Assembly: GCF_009914755.1 (NCBI RefSeq)
Contig: NC_060938.1
Length of the DNA: 64,000 nucleotides
Direction: 5' to 3' (one strand)
Source: the human T2T-CHM13v2.0 reference genome, Homo sapiens
In this document: one piece after another, positions 1-12,700 of the stretch
Numbering within the stretch: position 1 is the first letter of the stretch
How the letters are laid out: each line of letters opens with the position of its first letter
Notes under the pieces: generated by a model
What the model was told of the DNA's origin: nothing
Database searches by the model: none
Seen by the model: only the letters and a program-made list of their open reading frames with translations
Translations under genes and position numbers: made by a program

Positions 1-83
1 GAATGTTCAACTCTATGAGTTGAATGCAAACATCGCAAAGACGTTTCTGAGAATGCTTCTGTCTAGATTTGATATGAAGATAT

Positions 84-100
84 TCCCGTTTCCAACGAAA
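84..100 (-). promoter_or_regulatory. CENP-B box (representative; 188 box positions expected in the window, 4 per HOR)
   Basis: TCCCGTTTCCAACGAAA is the reverse complement of TTTCGTTGGAAACGGGA, matching YTTCGTTGGAARCGGGA with an intact TTCG....A..CGGG core. Confidence 0.97.
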
Positions 101-421
101 TCTTCAAATCTATCCAAATGTCCACTTGCAGATTCAAGAAAAAGTGTTTTTCAGAACTGCTCTATCAAAAGAAAGATCCACCTCTGTTAGCTGAGTTCAC
201 ACATCACAAACAAGTTTATGAGAATGCTTCTGTCTAGTTTTTATTTGAAGATATTTCCTTTCTCACCATAGAGCTGAAAGCTGTCCTAATGTTCACTTCC
301 AGATACTACAGAAAGAGTGTTTCAAAACTGCTGTACGAAAGGGAATGTTCAACTCTGTGACTTGAATGCACACATCACAAAGAAGTTTCTGAGGATGCTG
401 CTGTCTACTTTTTATACGTAA

Positions 422-438
422 TCCCGTTTCCAACGAAA
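422..438 (-). promoter_or_regulatory. CENP-B box in the short monomer (338-bp dimer)
   Basis: Canonical 17-mer preceded by tttttatacgtaa rather than ttttatatgaagatat; 338 bp from the previous box. Confidence 0.96.
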
Positions 439-592
439 TCCTCCAAGCTATCCAAATATCCACTTGCAGATTCCACAGAAAGACTGTTTCAAAACTGCTC
501 TGTCAATAGAAAGGTTCAACTCTGTTAGCTGCGTGCATATATCCCAAAGAAGATTCTGAGATTGCTTCTGTCTAGTTTTTATGGGAAGATAT

Positions 593-609
593 TTCCCTTT
601 TCACCGTAG
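593..609 (+). promoter_or_regulatory. A-box / pJ-alpha-type motif (representative; occupies the box position in alternate monomers)
   Basis: TTCCCTTTTCACCGTAG versus the pJ-alpha motif TTCCTTTTYCACCRTAG (one mismatch); lies 171 bp from both flanking CENP-B boxes (422, 764). Confidence 0.8.
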
Positions 610-763
610 GTGTCAAGGCGCTCCAAATGTCCACTTCCAGATACTACAAAAAGAGTGTTTCAAACCTACTCTGTGAAAGGGAATATTCAACTCTGTGACT
701 CGAATGCACATATCACAAAGAAGTTTCTGAGAATGCTTCTGTCGAGATTTTATATGAAAATAT

Positions 764-780
764 TCCCGTTTCCAACGAAA
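764..780 (-). promoter_or_regulatory. CENP-B box (TaqI monomer)
   Basis: Canonical TCCCGTTTCCAACGAAA, 342 bp after the previous box. Confidence 0.96.
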
Positions 781-1105
781 TGCTGAAATCTATCCAAATA
801 TCCCCTCGCAGATTCTACAAAAAGAGTGTTTCAAAACTGCTCTGTAAAAAGAAAGGTTCAACTCTGTTAGTTGAGTACACACATCACAAATAAGTTTCAC
901 ACAATGCTTCTTTCTAGCTTGTAGGGGAAGATATTCCCTTTATCACCATGGGCCTCAAACCGTCTGAAACGTCCACTTCCATATACTACAAAAAGAGCAT
1001 TTCAAACCTGCTCTATGAAAGGCAATGTTCAACTCTGTGACTTGAATGCAGACATCACAGAGCAGTTTCTGAGAATGCTTCTGTCTAGATTTTATAGGAA
1101 GATAT

Positions 1106-1122
1106 TCCCGTTTCCAACGAAA
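1106..1122 (-). promoter_or_regulatory. CENP-B box (fourth box of the HOR)
   Basis: Canonical TCCCGTTTCCAACGAAA, 342 bp after the previous box. Confidence 0.96.
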
Positions 1123-2376
1123 TCTTCACAGCTATCCAAATATCCACTTGCAGATTCTACAAAAAGAGTGTATCAAAACTGCTGTCAAAAGGAAGGTTCT
1201 TCTCTGTTAGGTGAGTGCATACGTCATAAAGGAGTTTCTGAGAATGTTTCTGTCTAGTGGTTATGGGAAGATATTTGCTTTTTCCCCGTAGGCCTCAGGG
1301 CGCTCCAAATGTCCACTTGCACATGCTACAAAAAGAGTGCTTCAAAGCTGCTCTCTGAAAGGGAATGTTCAACTCTATGAGTTGAATGCAAACATCACAA
1401 AGACGTTTCTGAGAATGCTTCTGTCTAGATTTGATATGAAGATATTCCCGTTTCCAACGAAATCTTCAAATCTATCCAAATGTCCACTTGCAGATTCAAC
1501 AAAAAGTGTTTTTCAGAACTGCTCTATCAAAAGAAAGATCCACCTCTGTTAGCTGAGTTCAGACATCACAAACAAGTTTATGAGAATGCTTCTGTCTAGT
1601 TTTTATTTGAAGATATTTCCTTTCTCACCATAGACCTGAAAGCTGTCCTAATGTTCACTTCCAGTTACTACAGAAAGAGTGTTTCAAAACTGCTGTACGA
1701 AAGGGAATGTTCAACTCTGTGACTTGAATGCACACATCACAAAGAAGTTTCTGAGGATGCTGCTGTCTACTTTTTATACTTAATCCCGTTTCCAACGAAA
1801 TCCTCCAAGCTATCCAAATATCCACTTGCAGATTCCACAGAAAGACTGTTTCAAAACTGCTCTGTCAATAGAAAGGTTCAACTCTGTTAGCTGCGTGCAT
1901 ATATCCCAAAGAAGATTCTGAGATTGCTTCTGTCTAGTTTTTATGGGAAGATATTTCCCTTTTCACCGTAGGCGTCCAGGCGCTCCAAATGTCCACTTCC
2001 AGATACTACAAAAAGAGTGTTTCAAACCTACTCTGTGAAAGGGAATATTCAACTCTGTGACTTGAATGCACATATCACAAGGAAGTTTCTGAGAATGCTT
2101 CTGTCGAGATTTTATATGAAGATATTCCCGTTTCCAACGAAATCCTGAAATCTATCCAAATATCCCCTCGCAGATTCTACAAAAAGAGTGTTTCAAAACT
2201 GCTCTGTAAAAAGGAAGGTTCAACTCTGTTAGTTGAGTACACACATCACAAACAAGTTTCACAGAATGCTTCTTTCTAGCTTGTAGGGGAAGATATTCCC
2301 TTTATCACCATGGGCCTCCAACCGTCCGATAAGTCCACTTCCATATACTACAAAAAGAGCGTTTCAAACCTGCTCT

Positions 2377-3740
2377 ATGAAAGGCAATGTTCAACTCTGT
2401 GACTTGAATGCAGACATCACAGAGCAGTTTCTGAGAATGCTATTGTCTAGATTTTATAGGAAGATATTCCCGTTTCCAACGAAATCTTCACAGCTATCCA
2501 AATATCCACTTGCAGATTCTACAAAAAGAGTGTATCAAAACTGCTCTGTCAAAAGGAAGGTTCTTCTCTGTTAGGTGAGTGCATACGTCATAAAGGAGTT
2601 TCTGAGAATGTTTCTGTCTAGTGGTTATGGGAAGATATTTGCTTTTTCACCGTAGGCCTCAGAGCGCTCCAAATATCCACTTGCACATACTACAAAAAGA
2701 GTGCTTCAAAGCTGGTCTCTGAAACGGAATGTTCAACTCTATGAGTTGAATGCAAACATCACAAAGACGTTTCTGAGAATGCTTCTGTCTAGATTTGATA
2801 TGAAGATATTCCCGTTTCCAACGAAATCTTCAAATCTATCCAAATGTCCACTTGCAGATTCAACAAAAAGTGTTTTTCAGAACTGCTCTATCAAAAGAAA
2901 GATCCACCTCTGTTAGCTGAGTTCACACATCACAAACAAGTTTATGAGAATGCTTCTGTATAGTTTTTATTTGAAGATATTTCCTTTCTCACCATAGACC
3001 TGAAAGCTGTCCTAATGTTCACTTCCAGATACTACAGAAAGAGTGTTTCAAAACTGCTGTACGAAAGGGAATGTTCAACTCTGTGACTTGAATGCACACA
3101 TCACAAAGAAGTTTCTGAGGATGCTGCTGTCTACTTTTTATACGTAATCCCGTTTCCAACGAAATCCTCCAAGCTATCCAAATATCCACTTGCAGATTCC
3201 ACAGAAAGGCTGTTTCAAAACTGCTCTGTCAATAGAAAGGTTCAACTCTGTTAGCTGCGTGCATATATCCCAAAGAAGATTCTGAGATTGCTTCTGTCTA
3301 GTTTTTATGGGAAGATATTTCCCTTTTCACCGTAGGTGTCAAGGCGCTCCAAATGTCCACTTCCAGATACTACAAAAAGAGTGTTTCCAACCTACTCTGT
3401 GAAAGGGAATATTCAACTCTGTGACTTGAATGCACATATCACAAAGAAGTTTCTGAGAATGCTTCTGTCGAGATTTTATATGAAGATATTCCCGTTTCCA
3501 ACGAAATCCTGAAATGTATCCAAATATCCCCTCGCAGATTCTACAAAAAGAGTGTTTCAAAACTGCTCTGTAAAAAGAAAGGTTCAACTCTGTTAGTTGA
3601 GTACACACATCACAAATAAGTTTCACACAATGCTTCTTTCTAGCTTGTAGGGGAAGATATTCCCTTTATCACCATGGGCCTCAAACCGTCTGAAACGTCC
3701 ACTTCCATATACTACAAAAAGAGCATTTCAAACCTGCTCT
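2377..3740 (-). repeat. Representative 1364-bp 8-monomer HOR unit (arbitrary phase); probable D14Z9/D22Z1 (S2C14/22H1L), suprachromosomal family 2
   Basis: Each unit holds four dimers; CENP-B box spacings are 338+342+342+342 = 1364. There are two XbaI sites (e.g. 62, 1084) and one constant TaqI site (e.g. 742) per HOR. XbaI-TaqI distance is 680 bp, matching the chr14/22 alphaXT tetramer/octamer as I recall it. The unit is certain; the confidence refers to the chromosome assignment. Confidence 0.72.
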
Positions 3741-6700
3741 ATGAAAGGCAATGTTCAACTCTGTGACTTGAATGCAGACATCACAGAGCAGTTTCTGAGA
3801 ATGCTTCTGTCTAGATTTTATAGGAAGATATTCCCGTTTCCAACGAAATCTTCACAGCTATCCAAATATCCACTTGCAGATTCTACAAAAAGAGTGTATC
3901 AAAACTGCTCTGTCAAAAGGAAGGTTCTTCTCTGTTAGGTGAGTGCATACGTCATAAAGGAGTTTCTGAGAATGTTTCTGTCTAGTGGTTATGGGAAGAT
4001 ATTTGCTTTTTCCCCGTAGGCCTCAGGGCGCTCCAAATGTCCACTTGCACATGCTACAAAAAGAGTGCTTCAAAGCTGCTCTCTGAAAGGGAATGTTCAA
4101 CTCTATGAGTTGAATGCAAACATCACAAAGACGTTTCTGAGAATGCTTCTGTCTAGATTTGATATGAAGATATTCCCGTTTCCAACGAAATCTTCAAATC
4201 TATCCAAATGTCCACTTGCAGATTCAACAAAAAGTGTTTTTCAGAACTGCTCTATCAAAAGAAAGATCCACCTCTGTTAGCTGAGTTCAGACATCACAAA
4301 CAAGTTTATGAGAATGCTTCTGTCTAGTTTTTATTTGAAGATATTTCCTTTCTCACCATAGACCTGAAAGCTGTCCTAATGTTCACTTCCAGTTACTACA
4401 GAAAGAGTGTTTCAAAACTGCTGTACGAAAGGGAATGTTCAACTCTGTGACTTGAATGCACACATCACAAAGAAGTTTCTGAGGATGCTGCTGTCTACTT
4501 TTTATACTTAATCCCGTTTCCAACGAAATCCTCCAAGCTATCCAAATATCCACTTGCAGATTCCACAGAAAGACTGTTTCAAAACTGCTCTGTCAATAGA
4601 AAGGTTCAACTCTGTTAGCTGCGTGCATATATCCCAAAGAAGATTCTGAGATTGCTTCTGTCTAGTTTTTATGGGAAGATATTTCCCTTTTCACCGTAGG
4701 CGTCAAGGCGCTCCAAATGTCCACTTCCAGATACTACAAAAACAGTGTTTCAAACCTACTCTGTGAAAGGGAATATTCAACTCTGTGACTTGAATGCACA
4801 TATCACAAGGAAGTTTCTGAGAATGCTTCTGTCGAGATTTTATATGAAGATATTCCCGTTTCCAACGAAATCCTGAAATCTATCCAAATATCCCCTCGCA
4901 GATTCTACAAAAAGAGTGTTTCAAAACTGCTCTGTAAAAAGGAAGGTTCAACTCTGTTAGTTGAGTACACACATCACAAACAAGTTTCACAGAATGCTTC
5001 TTTCTAGCTTGTAGGGGAAGATATTCCCTTTATCACCATGGGCCTCCAACCGTCCGATAAGTCCACTTCCATATACTACAAAAAGAGCGTTTCAAACCTG
5101 CTCTATGAAAGGCAATGTTCAACTCTGTGACTTGAATGCAGACATCACAGAGCAGTTTCTGAGAATGCTTCTGTCTAGATTTTATAGGAAGATATTCCCA
5201 TTTCCAACGAAATCTTCACAGCTATCCAAATATCCACTTGCAGATTCTACAAAAAGAGTGTATCAAAACTGCTCTGTCAAAAGGAAGGTTCTTCTCTGTT
5301 AGGTGAGTGCATACGTCATAAAGGAGTTTCTGAGAATGTTTCTGTCTAGTGGTTATGGGAAGATATTTGCTTTTTCACCGTAGGCCTCAGAGCGCTCCAA
5401 ATATCCACTTGCACATACTACAAAAAGAGTGCTTCAAAGCTGGTCTCTGAAACGGAATGTTCAACTCTATGAGTTGAATGCAAACATCACAAAGACGTTT
5501 CTGAGAATGCTTCTGTCTAGATTTGATATGAAGATATTCCCGTTTCCAACGAAATCTTCAAATCTATCCAAATGTCCACTTGCAGATTCAACAAAAAGTG
5601 TTTTTCAGAACTGCTCTATCAAAAGAAAGATCCACCTCTGTTAGCTGAGTTCACACATCACAAACAAGTTTATGAGAATGCTTCTGTCTAGTTTTTATTT
5701 GAAGATATTTCCTTTCTCACCATAGAGCTGAAAGCTGTCCTAATGTTCACTTCCAGATACTACAGAAAGAGTGTTTCAAAACTGCTGTACGAAAGGGAAT
5801 GTTCAACTCTGTGACTTGAATGCACACATCACAAAGAAGTTTCTGAGGATGCTGCTGTCTACTTTTTATACGTAATCCCGTTTCCAACGAAATCCTCCAA
5901 GCTATCCAAATATCCACTTGCAGATTCCACAGAAAGGCTGTTTCAAAACTGCTCTGTCAATAGAAAGGTTCAACTCTGTTAGCTGCGTGCATATATCCCA
6001 AAGAAGATTCTGAGATTGCTTCTGTCTAGTTTTTATGGGAAGATATTTCCCTTTTCACCGTAGGTGTCAAGGCGCTCCAAATGTCCACTTCCAGATACTA
6101 CAAAAAGAGTGTTTCCAACCTACTCTGTGAAAGGGAATATTCAACTCTGTGACTTGAATGCACATATCACAAAGAAGTTTCTGAGAATGCTTCTGTCGAG
6201 ATTTTATATGAAGATATTCCCGTTTCCAACGAAATCCTGAAATGTATCCAAATATCCCCTCGCAGATTATACAAAAAGAGTGTTTCAAAACTGCTCTGTA
6301 AAAAGAAAGGTTCAACTCTGTTAGTTGAGTACACACATCACAAACAAGTTTCACACAATGCTTCTTTCTAGCTTGTAGGGGAAGATATTCCCTTTATCAC
6401 CATGGGCCTCAAACCGTCTGAAACGTCCACTTCCATATACTACAAAAAGAGCATTTCAAACCTGCTCTATGAAAGGCAATGTTCAACTCTGTGACTTGAA
6501 TGCAGACATCACAGAGCAGTTTCTGAGAATGCTTCTGTCTAGATTTTATAGGAAGATATTCCCGTTTCCAACGAAATCTTCACAGCTATCCAAATATCCA
6601 CTTGCAGATTCTACAAAAAGAGTGTATCAAAACTGCTCTGTCAAAAGGAAGGTTCTTCTCTGTTAGGTGAGTGCATACGTCATAAAGGAGTTTCTGAGAA

Positions 6701-9700
6701 TGTTTCTGTCTAGTGGTTATGGGAAGATATTTCCTTTTTCCCCGTAGGCCTCAGGGCGCTCCAAATGTCCACTTGCACATGCTACAAAAAGAGTGCTTCA
6801 AAGCTGCTCTCTGAAAGGGAATGTTCAACTCTATGAGTTGAATGCAAACATCACAAAGACGTTTCTGAGAATGCTTCTGTCTAGATTTGATATGAAGATA
6901 TTCCCGTTTCCAACGAAATCTTCAAATCTATCCAAATGTCCACTTGCAGATTCAACAAAAAGTGTTTTTCAGAACTGCTCTATCAAAAGAAAGATCCACC
7001 TCTGTTAGCTGAGTTCAGACATCACAAACAAGTTTATGAGAATGCTTCTGTCTAGTTTTTATTTGAAGATATTTCCTTTCTCACCATAGACCTGAAAGCT
7101 GTCCTAATGTTCACTTCCAGTTACTACAGAAAGAGTGTTTCAAAACTGCTGTACGAAAGGGAATGTTCAACTCTGTGACTTGAATGCACACATCACAAAG
7201 AAGTTTCTGAGGATGCTGCTGTCTACTTTTTATACTTAATCCCGTTTCCAACGAAATCCTCCAAGCTATCCAAATATCCACTTGCAGATTCCACAGAAAG
7301 ACTGTTTCAAAACTGCTCTGTCAATAGAAAGGTTCAACTCTGTTAGCTGCGTGCATATATCCCAAAGAAGATTCTGAGATTGCTTCTGTCTAGTTTTTAT
7401 GGGAAGATATTTCCCTTTTCACCGTAGGCGTCCAGGCGCTCCAAATGTCCACTTCCAGATACTACAAAAAGAGTGTTTCAAACCTACTCTGTGAAAGGGA
7501 ATATTCAACTCTGTGACTTGAATGCACATATCACAAGGAAGTTTCTGAGAATGCTTCTGTCGAGATTTTATATGAAGATATTCCCGTTTCCAACGAAATC
7601 CTGAAATCTATCCAAATATCCCCTCGCAGATTCTACAAAAAGAGTGTTTCAAAACTGCTCTTTAAAAAGAAAGGTTCAACTCTGTTAGTTGAGTACACAC
7701 ATCACAAACAAGTTTCACAGAATGCTTCTTTCTAGCTTGTAGGGGAAGATATTCCCTTTATCACCATGGGCCTCAAACCGTCCGATAAGTCCACTTCCAT
7801 ATACTACAAAAAGAGCGTTTCAAACCTGCTCTATGAAAGGCAACGTTCAACTCTGTGACTTGAATGCAGACATCACAGAGCAGTTTCTGAGAATGCTTCT
7901 GTCTAGATTTTATAGGAAGATATTCCCGTTTCCAACGAAATCTTCACAGCTATCCAAATATCCACTTGCAGATTCTACAAAAAGAGTGTATCAAAACTGC
8001 TCTGTCAAAAGGAAGGTTCTTCTCTGTTAGGTGAGTGCATACGTCATAAAGGAGTTTCTGAGAATGTTTCTGTCTAGTGGTTATGGGAAGATATTTGCTT
8101 TTTCCCCGTAGGCCTCAGGGCGCTCCAAATGTCCACTTGCACATGCTACAAAAAGAGTGCTTCAAAGCTGCTCTCTGAAAGGGAATGTTCAACTCTATGA
8201 GTTGAATGCAAACATCACAAAGACGTTTCTGAGAATGCTTCTGTCTAGATTTGATATGAAGATATTCCCGTTTCCAACGAAATCTTCAAATCTATCCAAA
8301 TGTCCACTTGCAGATTCAACAAAAAGTGTTTTTCAGAACTGCTCTATCAAAAGAAAGATCCACCTCTGTTAGCTGAGTTCAGACATCACAAACAAGTTTA
8401 TGAGAATGCTTCTGTCTAGTTTTTATTTGAAGATATTTCCTTTCTCACCATAGACCTGAAAGCTGTCCTAATGTTCACTTCCAGTTACTACAGAGTGTTT
8501 CAAAACTGCTGTACGAAAGGGAATGTTCAACTCTGTGACTTGAATGCACACATCACAAAGAAGTTTCTGAGGATGCTGCTGTCTACTTTTTATACTTAAT
8601 CCCGTTTCCAACGAAATCCTCCAAGCTATCCAAATATCCACTTGCAGATTCCACAGAAAGACTGTTTCAAAACTGCTCTGTCAATAGAAAGGTTCAACTC
8701 TGTTAGCTGCGTGCATATATCCCAAAGAAGATTCTGAGATTGCTTCTGTCTAGTTTTTATGGGAAGATATTTCCCTTTTCACCGTAGGCGTCAAGGCGCT
8801 CCAAATGTCCACTTCCAGATACTACAAAAAGAGTGTTTCAAACCTACTCTGTGAAAGGGAATATTCAACTCTGTGACTTGAATGCAGATATCACAAAGAA
8901 GTTTCTGAGAATGCTTCTGTCGAGATTTTATATGAAGATATTCCCGTTTCCAACGAAATCCTGAAATCTATCCAAATATCCCCTCGCAGATTCTACAAAA
9001 AGAGTGTTTCAAAACTGCTCTGTAAAAAGAAAGGTTCAACTCTGTTAGTTGAGTACACACATCACAAACAAGTTTCACAGAATGCTTCTTTCTAGCTTGT
9101 AGGGGAAGATATTCCCTTTATCACCATGGGCCTCAAACCGTCCGATAAGTCCACTTCCATATACTACAAAAAGAGCGTTTCAAACCTGCTCTATGAAAGG
9201 CAATGTTCAACTCTGTGACTTGAATGCAGACATCCCAGAGCAGTTTCTGAGAATGCTTCTGTCTAGATTTTATAGGAAGATATTCCCGTTTCCAACGAAA
9301 TCTTCACAGCTATCCAAATATCCACTTGCAGATTCTACCAAAAGAGTGTATCAAAACTGCTCTGTCAAAAGGAAGGTTCTTTTCTGTTAGGTGAGTGCAT
9401 ACGTCATAAAGGAGTTTCTGAGAATGTTTCTGTCTAGTGGTTATGGGAAGATATTTGCTTTTTCACCGTAGGCCTCAGAGCGCTCCAAATATCCACTTGC
9501 ACATACTACAAAAAGAGTGCCTCAAAGCTGCTCTCTGAAACGGAATGTTCAACTCTATGAGTTGAATGCAAACATCGCAAAGACGTTTCTGAGAATGCTT
9601 CTGTCTAGATTTGATATGAAGATATTCCCGTTTCCAACGAAATCTTCAAATCTATCCAAATGTCCACTTGCAGATTCAAGAAAAAGTGTTTTTCAGAACT

Positions 9701-12700
9701 GCTCTATCAAAAGAAAGATCCACCTCTGTTAGCTGAGTTCACACATCACAAACAAGTTTATGAGAATGCTTCTGTCTAGTTTTTATTTGAAGATATTTCC
9801 TTTCTCACCATAGAGCTGAAAGCTGTCCTAATGTTCACTTCCAGATACTACAGAAAGAGTGTTTCAAAACTGCTGTACGAAAGGGAATGTTCAACTCTGT
9901 GACTTGAATGCACACATCACAAAGAAGTTTCTGAGGATGCTGCTGTCTACTTTTTATACGTAATCCCGTTTCCAACGAAATCCTCCAAGCTATCCAAATA
10001 TCCACTTGCAGATTCCACAGAAAGACTGTTTCAAAACTGCTCTGTCAATAGAAAGGTTCAACTCTGTTAGCTGCGTGCATATATCCCAAAGAAGATTCTG
10101 AGATTGCTTCTGTCTAGTTTTTATGGGAAGATATTTCCCTTTTCACCGTAGGTGTCAAGGCGCTCCAAATGTCCACTTCCAGATACTACAAAAAGAGTGT
10201 TTCAAACCTACTCTGTGAAAGGGAATATTCAACTCTGTGACTCGAATGCACATATCACAAAGAAGTTTCTGAGAATGCTTCTGTCGAGATTTTATATGAA
10301 GATATTCCCGTTTCCAACGAAATGCTGAAATCTATCCAAATATCCCCTCGCAGATTCTACAAAAAGAGTGTTTCAAAACTGCTCTGTAAAAAGAAAGGTT
10401 CAACTCTGTTAGTTGAGTACACACATCACAAATAAGTTTCACACAATGCTTCTTTCTAGCTTGTAGGGGAAGATATTCCCTTTATCACCATGGGCCTCAA
10501 ACCGTCTGAAACGTCCACTTCCATATACTACAAAAAGAGCATTTCAAACCTGCTCTATGAAAGGCAATGTTCAACTCTGTGACTTGAATGCAGACATCAC
10601 AGAGCAGTTTCTGAGAATGCTTCTGTCTAGATTTTATAGGAAGATATTCCCGTTTCCAACGAAATCTTCACAGCTATCCAAATATCCACTTGCAGATTCT
10701 ACAAAAAGAGTGTATCAAAACTGCTCTGTCAAAAGGAAGGTTCTTCTCTGTTAGGTGAGTGCATACGTCATAAAGGAGTTTCTGAGAATGTTTCTGTCTA
10801 GTGGTTATGGGAAGATATTTGCTTTTTCCCCGTAGGCCTCAGGGCGCTCCAAATGTCCACTTGCACATGCTACAAAAAGAGTGCTTCAAAGCTGCTCTCT
10901 GAAAGGGAATGTTCAACTCTATGAGTTGAATGCAAACATCACAAAGACGTTTCTGAGAATGCTTCTGTCTAGATTTGATATGAAGATATTCCCGTTTCCA
11001 ACGAAATCTTCAAATCTATCCAAATGTCCACTTGCAGATTCAACAAAAAGTGTTTTTCAGAACTGCTCTATCAAAAGAAAGATCCACCTCTGTTAGCTGA
11101 GTTCAGACATCACAAACAAGTTTATGAGAATGCTTCTGTCTAGTTTTTATTTGAAGATATTTCCTTTCTCACCATAGACCTGAAAGCTGTCCTAATGTTC
11201 ACTTCCAGTTACTACAGAAAGAGTGTTTCAAAACTGCTGTACGAAAGGGAATGTTCAACTCTGTGACTTGAATGCACACATCACAAAGAAGTTTCTGAGG
11301 ATGCTGCTGTCTACTTTTTATACTTAATCCCGTTTCCAACGAAATCCTCCAAGCTATCCAAATATCCACTTGCAGATTCCACAGAAAGACTGTTTCAAAA
11401 CTGCTCTGTCAATAGAAAGGTTCAACTCTGTTAGCTGCGTGCATATATCCCAAAGAAGATTCTGAGATTGCTTCTGTCTAGTTTTTATGGGAAGATATTT
11501 CCCTTTTCACCGTAGGCGTCCAGGCGCTCCAAATGTCCACTTCCAGATACTACAAAAAGAGTGTTTCAAACCTACTCTGTGAAAGGGAATATTCAACTCT
11601 GTGACTTGAATGCACATATCACAAGGAAGTTTCTGAGAATGCTTCTGTCGAGATTTTATATGAAGATATTCCCGTTTCCAACGAAATCCTGAAATCTATC
11701 CAAATATCCCCTCGCAGATTCTACAAAAAGAGTGTTTCAAAACTGCTCTGTAAAAAGGAAGGTTCAACTCTGTTAGTTGAGTACACACATCACAAACAAG
11801 TTTCACAGAATGCTTCTTTCTAGCTTGTAGGGGAAGATATTCCCTTTATCACCATGGGCCTCCAACCGTCCGATAAGTCCACTTCCATATACTACAAAAA
11901 GAGCGTTTCAAACCTGCTCTATGAAAGGCAATGTTCAACTCTGTGACTTGAATGCAGACATCACAGAGCAGTTTCTGAGAATGCTATTGTCTAGATTTTA
12001 TAGGAAGATATTCCCGTTTCCAACGAAATCTTCACAGCTATCCAAATATCCACTTGCAGATTCTACAAAAAGAGTGTATCAAAACTGCTCTGTCAAAAGG
12101 AAGGTTCTTCTCTGTTAGGTGAGTGCATACGTCATAAAGGAGTTTCTGAGAATGTTTCTGTCTAGTGGTTATGGGAAGATATTTGCTTTTTCACCGTAGG
12201 CCTCAGAGCGCTCCAAATATCCACTTGCACATACTACAAAAAGAGTGCTTCAAAGCTGGTCTCTGAAACGGAATGTTCAACTCTATGAGTTGAATGCAAA
12301 CATCACAAAGACGTTTCTGAGAATGCTTCTGTCTAGATTTGATATGAAGATATTCCCGTTTCCAACGAAATCTTCAAATCTATCCAAATGTCCACTTGCA
12401 GATTCAACAAAAAGTGTTTTTCAGAACTGCTCTATCAAAAGAAAGATCCACCTCTGTTAGCTGAGTTCACACATCACAAACAAGTTTATGAGAATGCTTC
12501 TGTATAGTTTTTATTTGAAGATATTTCCTTTCTCACCATAGACCTGAAAGCTGTCCTAATGTTCACTTCCAGATACTACAGAAAGAGTGTTTCAAAACTG
12601 CTGTACGAAAGGGAATGTTCAACTCTGTGACTTGAATGCACACATCACAAAGAAGTTTCTGAGGATGCTGCTGTCTACTTTTTATACGTAATCCCGTTTC

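Noticed and set aside
1283-1305. Short palindromes (aggcct, agcgct, ccatgg) and gtgagt splice-donor-like motifs as regulatory signals
   Set aside because: These 6-bp matches are expected by chance and are simply copied with each HOR; there is no supporting gene context.
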